Below are positions 9,856-18,193 of a DNA stretch of 64,000 nt, in pieces (the stretch's first letter is position 1; each line of letters starts with the position of its first letter). Source of the DNA: a bacterium (GTDB lineage Bacteria; UBA8248). The notes below the pieces were generated by a model. It searched no databases. It worked only from the letters and a program-made list of their open reading frames with translations, and had not been told where the DNA came from. A program made the position numbers and the translations under genes. The stretch spans positions 3,392,001-3,456,000 of the forward strand of contig OZ244799.1 in NCBI GenBank assembly GCA_965219955.1, in the 5' to 3' direction.

Positions 9856-9884
9856 CCACCCGGCGGGTCGCCCGCCGTTCCACC

Positions 9885-10200
9885 CCCCCAATCCCCCTTG
9901 CCAGGATTGTTGAAAAAATCTCGTCTGCAACCCCCGCAAACCGCCAACGCCTCTTTCCTCACCCTGAGTAGCCGCCGAAGGTAAAACGCGACCGAGAAGG
10001 GAGCGTTTGTATCGAAGGGCGCGGGGTCCGCGCCGGGCGGCGCAATCGCTTCCGCATTGGACGCGATTGACCTTCGATACGGCGCTTTCGCGCCTACTCA
10101 GGGTGAGGAGTGTCGGGGAACGGCGGAGCCTGTCCCGAGCGAAGTCGAGGGGCCGCTACCCAGGATGAGACGGTGCGGTTTTGCTCGTCATTCCGGCATC
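9885..10200. repeat. Composite repeat (MITE left end plus CCTGAGTAG...CGAAGG long-hairpin module)
   Basis: GGATTGTTGAAAAA at ~9904, then the CCTCACCCTGAGTAG...CTACTCAGGGTGAGG module also seen at 17951, 31500, 32372, 37503 and 46347. Confidence 0.8.
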
Positions 10201-10500
10201 ATTCCCGACTGATAAAGGAGGGATTGACCGAAATCCATTTGCGGATGTGGGTGAATACACAGCGGTGTTTCATTCCCCACAGATGCGCTTGCGAGCTTAT
10301 GTCCTTACCTCACCATCGTTCTTCTCGATAAGAAGAAGACCGACCCTCAAGCGGGATGATTCCGAAGCGCAGAGTGAAGCGAGGGTTGAGTTCACTTACG
10401 TTTTAATTCTCGCGCAACTTATCCCCGCGAATTGCTTTGACTTTCCACGTGCTCTAGGAAACACTACTTATATCAGCTATACCACGAGGCCCGAGATTAA

Positions 10501-11361
10501 ATGACCCGACGAAATTGGTCCGATGGCGAGATCCACGCCATCGTTGATGACTATTTCGATATGTTAAGGCATGAACTAGCCGGGGAATATTTCAGCAAAA
10601 CTGAACACCGACGAACCCTGATGAAGACTGTCGATCGCTCAGAAGGATCGATCGAACGAAAGCATATGAATATCAGTGCCGTCATGGCTTCACTAGGTCT
10701 TCCCTACATAAATGGTTACAAACCGCATAAGCATTACCAAAAAGCACTTTTCGAAGCCGTCGAAGCCCGATTCGCTCAAGACCGCCAACTTTATACTTTT
10801 TTAGCCGGGGAAGATGTGGACCAAAAACATCATTCCGAGGAATCTCTCAGCGAGTCTGGCCTTGTATTTGACGACGCGCCTCCGCTACGAGAAGAGTCGG
10901 AGCATAATTTTTCTGAGGACATCTACCGTATCGTTAATAGGTTTGAATCTCCCGCAGAAAGAGATGCCCGAAATCGGGCACTCGGAAAAGCGGGCGAAGA
11001 GTACGCCTTCGAATCCGAGAAGCGTCGTCTGTATAATCTTGGCAGGAAAGACTTATCCGACAGTGTTAGTTGGATCGCCCGCGATAAAGGAGACGGTTAC
11101 GGTTACGACATCTTGTCCTTTGATGGAACAGGCAAACTAGCAGAGCAAGAGCGCTGGCTGGAAATCAAGACGACAACTGGCCCTAAAACAACGCCTTTTT
11201 TTATTACCAGAAACGAGTTGTCGATTTCAGAGAAACGTCCCGATATCTTCAGGCTCATCAGGCTATACGATTTCAGGCGTCAAAAACGAGCATATTGTTT
11301 GAAACCACCACTGGAAAATCACGTCCAACTTTCTCCCACAATATATAGTGCTATCCCCTAA
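10501..11361 (+). CDS. DUF3883 (NO VEIN C-terminal) PD-(D/E)xK nuclease-like protein
   Basis: LGKAGEE, DGYGYDILSF, IEIKTT-type motif (LEIKTT), FFITRNE; lower GC than the flanks. Confidence 0.85.
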   Translation: MTRRNWSDGEIHAIVDDYFDMLRHELAGEYFSKTEHRRTLMKTVDRSEGSIERKHMNISAVMASLGLPYINGYKPHKHYQKALFEAVEARFAQDRQLYTFLAGEDVDQKHHSEESLSESGLVFDDAPPLREESEHNFSEDIYRIVNRFESPAERDARNRALGKAGEEYAFESEKRRLYNLGRKDLSDSVSWIARDKGDGYGYDILSFDGTGKLAEQERWLEIKTTTGPKTTPFFITRNELSISEKRPDIFRLIRLYDFRRQKRAYCLKPPLENHVQLSPTIYSAIP

Positions 11362-11530
11362 AAGATTGTGTGCCAAAAAAGACCCAAAGTATTATTGGGA
11401 AGAAAAATAGTACTTAAACAAAAACCAAGATTGTATAGAACAATATGCGGGAAACTTTCGGTTGAAACCATCATTCATGAAACCACCGACCAGTTGCGAT
11501 GGAAGACTCCTGAACTTCCGGTAGGTCCCC

Positions 11531-11742
11531 TCACTCACCCATACGCATTCTGTTTCTCGCTCGGGCGTCGACCGAGAGGGAGCCGCTTCCCAGGAGGAGG
11601 ATGGCGACCGTGGCGAGGAGGAGGAACAGCGAGTATTCGTATCCGCCGGCGACGGCGGCGCCGGTCGCAGGGTTCGTGACAATTCCGTGCATGAAAAAGC
11701 CCTGGTCGAAATGCACGAACGCGGCTGCGCCCGCCATGATGA
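11531..11742 (-). pseudogene. Duplicated 3' end of doxX (direct repeat of 14860-15071)
   Basis: 212 bp with 13 mismatches by hand count against the intact gene; encodes the same C-terminal ~70 aa and has no cognate 5' half. Confidence 0.92.
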
Positions 11743-11836
11743 TGTCCTGAATCAAATCCTCTATGAACATAATCCTTCGCCTTCTGACCGCCTATCTTGT
11801 CTTGCGCTTGTCATCGGGCAGGAATTACCAACCAAT

Positions 11837-12721
11837 TCATAACGTATCGTTCACCATGTCACTCCATTTATTGTTCTTTATTTGCCAGCGGGCAACATCT
11901 CCCAACGGGCCTTCCAAATCTGAAAAAATATGGGCGGTTCTTGGGCTAATCATAGGGCTGGCCAGTTCAGGGATTTTGATACGGTCTCGTCTGAACTCAT
12001 AACCCCAATTCGATATTGCATCCAAGTATAGAGATATGTTTGTGTCTCCAATTTTTTTCCATACCTTCCGTTGCATATCAACACTCATGCGCTCACCGAG
12101 AATAACTGATTTAATGCAATCCTCAGGGAAGTCCATCACGTAAACAGGATATCCTTGAAAATCTCCAACACATTTACAGTCTGATAAACTTCTGATTAAT
12201 CGAACTTCGGCTTCGTATTCCCACTCTTTTGACTTAACGCAAAGTTCAGCAATTGGGACAGGTTCTTTATTGTCAAGATAGCTTCTGATATCGATCTTTG
12301 GCCTATGTTTTCTATATTCAACGTCAATTATCCCATTAAAAAACTCTTGAGATTCGTCAACTTCTATCATTGCTCCGGAATAACTTTCGGCGTAATGAGA
12401 CCACATCACCAAAGATGATTCGTTTTTTGATAAACAGAGGACACCAATAGATTGAGTGAGAGAAGAGAGTATTTTTCGAGAATTGATGTCATTGCAATGG
12501 TCTGACTCGAAATCTGCTTCAAGTTCCCCCACGCTCGGCTTTCTTCTGAGTGCCGTAAGTGAAAAATTTATAGATGTGTCTTTAGCCCCATAATTTTCCG
12601 GAACGTATAGTTCGGGAACCATCTCAAAAGGATCGTTGAACGCTCCCGGCTGCGTAAACCGGATGCCTCCATCCAAAATCCTTAACAAACTTTCAGAACT
12701 CACATATTTGTATAGAGACAT
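11837..12721 (-). CDS. DUF2971 domain protein (low GC)
   Basis: LYKY, FNDPFE, LVMWSHYA, KSKEWEYEAEVRLI motifs. Confidence 0.85.
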   Translation of the reverse strand: MSLYKYVSSESLLRILDGGIRFTQPGAFNDPFEMVPELYVPENYGAKDTSINFSLTALRRKPSVGELEADFESDHCNDINSRKILSSLTQSIGVLCLSKNESSLVMWSHYAESYSGAMIEVDESQEFFNGIIDVEYRKHRPKIDIRSYLDNKEPVPIAELCVKSKEWEYEAEVRLIRSLSDCKCVGDFQGYPVYVMDFPEDCIKSVILGERMSVDMQRKVWKKIGDTNISLYLDAISNWGYEFRRDRIKIPELASPMISPRTAHIFSDLEGPLGDVARWQIKNNKWSDMVNDTL

Positions 12722-12781
12722 CTTTTCACCCTAACGGAAGAACCTAAATCACCCGGCCTTGTTCGCCCGGTTTCACGGTGT

Positions 12782-12889
12782 CTATTCGTCTTCGGACCGA
12801 AACTTCCCGAGCAGCCATTCCAGCGCGGCTTTTTGGTCGGCCACGGATGCACGGCGTAGCTGAGAGAGAAGCCAGGCATGACTCGGAGG
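12782..12889 (-). pseudogene. C-terminal remnant of an HNH restriction endonuclease paralog
   Basis: Translates PPSHAWLLSQLRRASVADQKAALEWLLGKF, 19/30 identical to PPSWTWLLTQIRRTSREDQMQALEWLKDKF at the end of the 13097 ORF. Confidence 0.8.
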
Positions 12890-13096
12890 AAAACCCCAGT
12901 GTAATTGATAATCAGCGAGCTTTGCGGAGAGGATTTTTTGGGGGATTATATATTAGGGTTGACGGGCTTCGGGTGATGGGTCAGCACGGCCTTCCCGACC
13001 TGTTTGGGCGTCGCGTCCCGGTAATCCGCCTTGAGCGGTTCTTTCTCCAAGGGTTGTTTCGGTTTCTTCGCGTCGTTAATTTCATAGTCCTTTCGT

Positions 13097-14320
13097 CTAG
13101 GATTCAAACTTATCTTTCAGCCATTCAAGGGCCTGCATCTGATCTTCGCGTGATGTACGGCGTATCTGCGTAAGAAGCCATGTCCAAGAGGGCGGCTCCG
13201 CTGTCAGGTTTCTCGCGCCCTGATTGCACGATGCGCAAAGAACGCGGAGATTCAGATCGCTCGTGCGCCCGCCATGCGTTCGTGCATGATGATGATCAAT
13301 TTCCAGCCGAACTGGTCGACCCTGCGGGTCGACATCATCAACTGTCGCGCCGCACGCTTGGCACGTGTAGCCGTTTCTCTCAAGTATCCTCGCCCGTTGC
13401 GCCTGTGAAATGCTGGGCGCGATATCGTATGTTCCGGGCGGAGGCGGGTCGCCCGATAGTCTGTATTCTCCGGGGCCAAGATCAGCCGAATCATTTTGTG
13501 TTTGAATAGGCCAACCTTCTTCTCTTATCAATTCCCTAATTCGCCTCGCCCATTCAGATCGTGGATATACGAGTTCCTGGAGTTCATTCTTTGAGACTAC
13601 TTCCCCTTGCTTTGCCAGAAAATGTTCCTTGATCAGGTCTTTCATGCTCGGTCCTCTTGCCATTCCCATGCTCCTTAGAAGTTCGCTCCCCACGTGCCTC
13701 GTGTAAGCCGGTGGGATAGCTTCGTTGATTTCTTTCTTGAGCATCCAGGGTATCTGCATGGCGTCGCGGGCGGCAGCTACCGAGCAATTTCCACCGCCTG
13801 TAACCTGAACATAATCGTTCCACTCGCAGGTCTTTCCATAGTGGGCCTTGCGCTTATCAAGCGTGTGGCACAACGGATGCGGTTTGTCAGGAAGGGTCCT
13901 TATAGGGAAATTCGCCTCAAAGAGCCTGTGTCGAATTACACGAAGGCCGTCAAACATCGTGCCACACAGGACGACAGGGTTTCTAAGCGGTGCCCCTTCG
14001 ACATTTTCAATTACAAAAGGCTTGCCGCTCGCTTCCAGCATATCTCGAATCGGCTCTATAAGGCGCGGCCATTCATGGCCGTTGCCGTTCCGTGCGGCCA
14101 GATCGGAATACGCCTGACAAGGCGGCGAAGCGTGGATTGCGTCAAATTCATCCAAGAATGAGGGGGAGAGCGTAAGAGCATCCTGCACTATCATGGGAAA
14201 TGGAAAACCGGGTTGTGCAGCTATATCGACGCCGAATACTTTGAATCCCGCTTCATCGTATCCCCACGCCGCGCCGCCAGCACCGCAGAAAAGGTCGAGC
14301 AACTTCGGTCGAGCCGCCAC
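13097..14320 (-). CDS. Compact C5-cytosine DNA methyltransferase fused in frame to an HNH restriction endonuclease
   Basis: LDLFCGAGG (motif I), SPPCQ (IV), ENV (VI), then CQACG...EIDH...NLRVLCASCN. GGAGG precedes GTG 14320. Confidence 0.85.
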   Translation of the reverse strand: MAARPKLLDLFCGAGGAAWGYDEAGFKVFGVDIAAQPGFPFPMIVQDALTLSPSFLDEFDAIHASPPCQAYSDLAARNGNGHEWPRLIEPIRDMLEASGKPFVIENVEGAPLRNPVVLCGTMFDGLRVIRHRLFEANFPIRTLPDKPHPLCHTLDKRKAHYGKTCEWNDYVQVTGGGNCSVAAARDAMQIPWMLKKEINEAIPPAYTRHVGSELLRSMGMARGPSMKDLIKEHFLAKQGEVVSKNELQELVYPRSEWARRIRELIREEGWPIQTQNDSADLGPGEYRLSGDPPPPGTYDIAPSISQAQRARILERNGYTCQACGATVDDVDPQGRPVRLEIDHHHARTHGGRTSDLNLRVLCASCNQGARNLTAEPPSWTWLLTQIRRTSREDQMQALEWLKDKFES

Positions 14321-14375
14321 CGGATGTGCCTCCAAACTCGAATCTTGATTTATCGGGCGAAGCAGTATAATACCG

Positions 14376-14843
14376 TTATTTTCGCTTTTTGTCCACCCTA
14401 GGCGAGAGAAAATCGACGAGCCGGGATTCGAGGCTCGATCTCTCCTTCGTCTCGCATTCCCACACGACGAGCGCATCCCACCCCAGCCCGTGAAGATCGG
14501 CCATTTTCTGACGGTCGCGGGCGACGTTCACCCTGAATTTCTCCTCCCAGAAGGATGTTCGCGTTTTCGGCGTGGTCGTTCTGTGACACCCCTCGTGCCT
14601 GTGCCAGAAACAGCCATGAACGAAAATCGCCTTCTTCCGCCCGATGAAGCAAATGTCGGGCGTTCCGGGAATCTCCTTTCGGTGCAGCCGGTAGCGGTAG
14701 CCTAAGCCGTGCAGCAATCTTCGAACGATTAACTCCGGCTTGGTGTCCTTCTGGCCCACGCGCGCCATATTCGCGCGCCGCTCCGGCGTAGGCTCAGGAT
14801 CGTTTGGTATCTTCTGCGGCGCTCGATGGGTCATAGTCGCCAA
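14376..14843 (-). CDS. vsr: Very short patch repair endonuclease
   Basis: RRANMARV..KDTKPE, GTPDI, FVHGCFWH, VWECE; lies next to a C5 methyltransferase. Confidence 0.93.
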   Translation of the reverse strand: MATMTHRAPQKIPNDPEPTPERRANMARVGQKDTKPELIVRRLLHGLGYRYRLHRKEIPGTPDICFIGRKKAIFVHGCFWHRHEGCHRTTTPKTRTSFWEEKFRVNVARDRQKMADLHGLGWDALVVWECETKERSSLESRLVDFLSPRVDKKRK

Positions 14844-14859
14844 TGTTCCGGCCTTTCCC

Positions 14860-15342
14860 CTACTCCCCCATACGCATTCGGTTTCTCGCTCGGGCGTCGA
14901 CCGAGAGGGGGCCGCTTCCCAGGAGGAGGATGGCGACCGTGGCGATGAGGAGGAACAGCGAGTATTCGTATCCGCCGGCGACGGCGGCGCCGGTTCGGGG
15001 GTTCGTGACGATGCCGTGCATGAAAAAGCCCTGGTCGAAATGCACGAACGCGACTGCGCCCGCCATGATGAAAGCGTTCATCAAGGCGCCCATGCGGGCG
15101 TAGAGCCCGATGACGAGGAGCGCACCGCCGACCAGGTGGCCCAGCACGACGGCCCACGCGCTGACGGTGGGCAGAGGGATTCCCATCGACGCGTTCAGGG
15201 CGGCGAGGCGCTCCACGCCGACCACCAGCCAGCCGGAATAGCCGTGCAGGACGTAGTAGACGCCCAGAGAGACGCGAAGCAAGGCGATTCCGTATGTCTG
15301 GTACGGCCTCAATCTTCGGTTCATCGACTCTTCCCCAGTCAT
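14860..15342 (-). CDS. DoxX family membrane protein
   Basis: LLRVSLG..HG, GGALLVIGLYARMGA, GGYEYSL, GSGPLSVD. Confidence 0.9.
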   Translation of the reverse strand: MTGEESMNRRLRPYQTYGIALLRVSLGVYYVLHGYSGWLVVGVERLAALNASMGIPLPTVSAWAVVLGHLVGGALLVIGLYARMGALMNAFIMAGAVAFVHFDQGFFMHGIVTNPRTGAAVAGGYEYSLFLLIATVAILLLGSGPLSVDARARNRMRMGE

Positions 15343-15530
15343 TGCGATGACTTATTTTCGCGCAAATGCGCAAATATCGCCACCTTTTTATCCAGACAGT
15401 ACGATTTGACCCGCGCGTGAAATGTGATAGAAGCAAAACGCGGCGCAGGTCATGCGCCGGGCCGCGAGCCATGTGGAGCAGCCGCATCCTCACACAACGT
15501 CACCCCGAAAACGAAAGCAGCCATCCGAAA

Positions 15531-16247
15531 ATGAGCGAAACCGAAAAAAAACTCTCCTACAAGAACTTCATCATCCCGCTTGCCCTCGTCCTCGTCCTGG
15601 TCGCCTTCTTCTACTCGGGGCTGGGCCGCTACCTCACCTTCGAGACCTTGAGAGAAAACCAGAGCCTGCTTAAGGGGTGGGTGCATGACAACGGCGCGCT
15701 CGCCGTCATCGCCTACATGCTCGCCTACGCGGCGGTCACGATTTTCTCCCTCCCCGGCGGCCTGGTGATGAGCATCACCGGAGGCTTCCTGTTCGGGACG
15801 GTCTGGGGCGCGCTGTATATCGTCGTGGGCGCGACGGTGGGGGCGACGGTTCTCTTCATCGCGGCCAAGACCTCGCTCGGCGACCCCCTGCGCGCGAAGG
15901 CCGGCCCCTGGCTCCAGAAGATGGAAGAAGGCTTTCAGGAAAACGCGCTGAGCTACCTGCTCGTCTTGAGGCTCGTTCCGATCTTTCCCTTTTTCGTGGT
16001 GAACCTCGTGCCCGCGTTCCTGGGGGTGTCATTGAGCGTCTACTTTATCGGCACGTTCCTGGGCATCATTCCCGGCTCGTTCGTCTTCGCCTCGGTGGGC
16101 GCGGGGCTCGGCAGCATATTCGAGGCGGGGGGTGAGTTCTCCGCCAAGGGGATTTTGACGCCCCAGGTCATGCTCGCGCTGGTGGGTCTCGCGGTTCTCT
16201 CCCTCATCCCCGTGGTCTACAAGAAGATAAAATCGAAAGAGGGCTGA
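15531..16247 (+). CDS. TVP38/TMEM64 (VTT/DedA-like) membrane protein
   Basis: SLPGG..SITGGFLFG, LVLRLVPIFPFFVVN, TFLGIIPG. Confidence 0.9.
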   Translation: MSETEKKLSYKNFIIPLALVLVLVAFFYSGLGRYLTFETLRENQSLLKGWVHDNGALAVIAYMLAYAAVTIFSLPGGLVMSITGGFLFGTVWGALYIVVGATVGATVLFIAAKTSLGDPLRAKAGPWLQKMEEGFQENALSYLLVLRLVPIFPFFVVNLVPAFLGVSLSVYFIGTFLGIIPGSFVFASVGAGLGSIFEAGGEFSAKGILTPQVMLALVGLAVLSLIPVVYKKIKSKEG

Positions 16248-16251
16248 TCCC

Positions 16252-17040
16252 TCAAAGCGGCTTATCGGCCGCGAACAGATACCTCGTCTGCGAGAAGAAA
16301 TATGCGCCCCGCTCGTTCAGGCCGCGCAATTCTTGCGCCCATGCGTCTACTTCCTCCTGCGTGAGGTTCGTCCTGCCGGGGACGACGCCCTGAATCTGAC
16401 GGATGAAGTGAAAGCTGAAGCCTTCAGGTTCGCAGGCGGAATTGAAAACGGGAATCGCGTGGGCGGATGCATCGACGAAGCCCGCCGCCTCGATCCTGGA
16501 TTTGAGCGTGAGCGGAAGCCTCAGGTGGGCGAAGCCCGACGTCCATCCATCCATCACCCGCTCGCAAAGCACCGCATCCTCACTGCGCCACGCCGTGGCG
16601 CCCCAGTCGGCGTCGCTGACCGCGAGCCGTCCGCCGGGCTTCAAAACGCGGTGAAACTCGCGCAAGGCCGCATCCACGTCAGCCACGAACTCGAGCACCT
16701 GCACGCTCACGCAGGCGTCGAAATACTCGTCTTCGAAGGGGAGTGATACGGCGTCGGCGATTTGAAAGTCGACCCATGGCTTATCGTCGCAGCGCGCCCG
16801 GGCGATCCCGATCATCGGTTCGCTGATGTCCACGCCGCGCACCAAACCCGCCGGGCCGACCACCTGCGCCATCTCATCAGCGAACAGGCCGGGACCGGAA
16901 CCCACGTCCAGAACGCGCGCGCCGGGGAAGAGCCTCATAGCGTCTATCGTCCGACGCCTGACCTCGGTCAGGTCCGTCGTCAGATACATGGCTTCCGCCC
17001 GGCGCGAGATGCGCTCATCGAAATCCATCGTGTCGTTCAT
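16252..17040 (-). CDS. Class I SAM-dependent methyltransferase (UbiE-like)
   Basis: VLDVGSGPG, LPFEDEYFD, RVLKPGG. Confidence 0.9.
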   Translation of the reverse strand: MNDTMDFDERISRRAEAMYLTTDLTEVRRRTIDAMRLFPGARVLDVGSGPGLFADEMAQVVGPAGLVRGVDISEPMIGIARARCDDKPWVDFQIADAVSLPFEDEYFDACVSVQVLEFVADVDAALREFHRVLKPGGRLAVSDADWGATAWRSEDAVLCERVMDGWTSGFAHLRLPLTLKSRIEAAGFVDASAHAIPVFNSACEPEGFSFHFIRQIQGVVPGRTNLTQEEVDAWAQELRGLNERGAYFFSQTRYLFAADKPL

Positions 17041-17079
17041 GGGCGCGCTCCGAGTAGGGGGGCCAAACGCGAGTGAGGA

Positions 17080-17320
17080 GGGGTTGTTGAAAAAGTCCCT
17101 CTCAAGCGGTGGGGGTACGATGGTTTTGTAGGGACAGGCCTCCGTGCCTGTCCTGCCCTCCGTGGTTGTCCTTCGTCAGGACAGGCACAGAGGCCTGTCC
17201 CTACGGTAAACAATTCGATGATCGGGATTCCCTCCCTCCTCGGGGGGGGGGGGGGGTACTCCCTTGACAAAGACTTTTTCAACGACCCCCCGCAGGGGCG
17301 GTTCGCGAACCGCCCCTACC
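17080..17320. repeat. MITE-like unit carrying a GTAG-REP triplet, followed by a REP
   Basis: Termini at 17080 and ~17275-17289; the internal module 17118-17240 is nearly identical to 31310-31430. Confidence 0.75.
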
Positions 17321-17372
17321 TCATTTTGGAAACCGGAATCATGCGCCATGGAAACCCGCTGGAGAGTCCCTC

Positions 17373-17768
17373 CTACGCGCCCTTGAAATACTCCTCGTCC
17401 TCGGGCCGGGCCTTCCAGTTCGGGTTGGTGGGCCACTCCTTGTGGCGCGAGAGCTTGTCTCCCCCGTAGCGCACCCGGTAGAGCAGCGTGCGCTCGGAGC
17501 CGTTGGTGTATTCATGAAGCTCGCCCGGGGGATGGACGATGAAGGAACCGGGGATCACGTCGACCTCGCCGGTGGGGGTCTTCATCCTGCCGCCGCCCTT
17601 GTAGCAGAAATAGATCTCCGTCGCGTAGGGGTGGCAGTGGTAGGGGCTCACCTGTCCGGGCTCCCAGCAGGCCACCGTCACGTCGCCCTCCTCGTAGCGG
17701 CCCAGAATTTTCTCCACGTGCTTTTCGGTGCTGAATTCCTTTTCCTTTTCCAGATCGAAAACGTGCAT
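17373..17768 (-). CDS. Cupin domain protein
   Basis: PYHCHPYATE and PPGELHEYTN cupin motifs; AGGAG upstream of ATG 17768. Confidence 0.88.
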   Translation of the reverse strand: MHVFDLEKEKEFSTEKHVEKILGRYEEGDVTVACWEPGQVSPYHCHPYATEIYFCYKGGGRMKTPTGEVDVIPGSFIVHPPGELHEYTNGSERTLLYRVRYGGDKLSRHKEWPTNPNWKARPEDEEYFKGA

Positions 17769-17896
17769 CTTCTTCTCCTGTGTGTATGACTTCCGCACGA
17801 ACAAAGGGAGCGCACGCGCGGCTGCCAAAAAACCGGTATGCGGCCCCTACCAAGATCGTTCCCCGTTAAGGAGAATTCCAAATCCACTCCCCTGAG

Positions 17897-18090
17897 GGGG
17901 TTGTTGAAAAAGTCCCGTCTGCGCCCCCCGCAAACCGCCAACGCTTTTTCCTCACCCTGAGTAGCCGCCAAAGGCGGCGTATCGAAGGGCGAGGGGAGCC
18001 GAACGCCTCGCGCCGGGCAAAAGGGCATCCTTCGATACGCGGCTCCGCCGCTACTCAGGATGAGGCGGAGAGAGGTTTTTCAACAACCCC
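17897..18090. mobile_element. MITE-like element (~195 bp) nested in a second repeat
   Basis: 15-bp terminal inverted repeats; near-identical to 46293-46487; interrupts an ACTCCCC...GGGGAGT palindrome whose continuation (18091-18171) is the reverse complement of 38366-38445. Confidence 0.8.
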
Positions 18091-18193
18091 CTCAAGGGGG
18101 GAGTGATTCTTCTCTCTCGTCGGTCGGTTACATACGACAAATCCAGAGTTCCTGACTTTTTCAACAACCCCGCGCGCGGCCCCCATGAACTCT

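Noticed and set aside
17242-17256. G15 homopolymer as a phase-variation switch
   Set aside because: It lies inside an intergenic repeat module, not in a CDS or an evident promoter, and its length may be a sequencing artefact.
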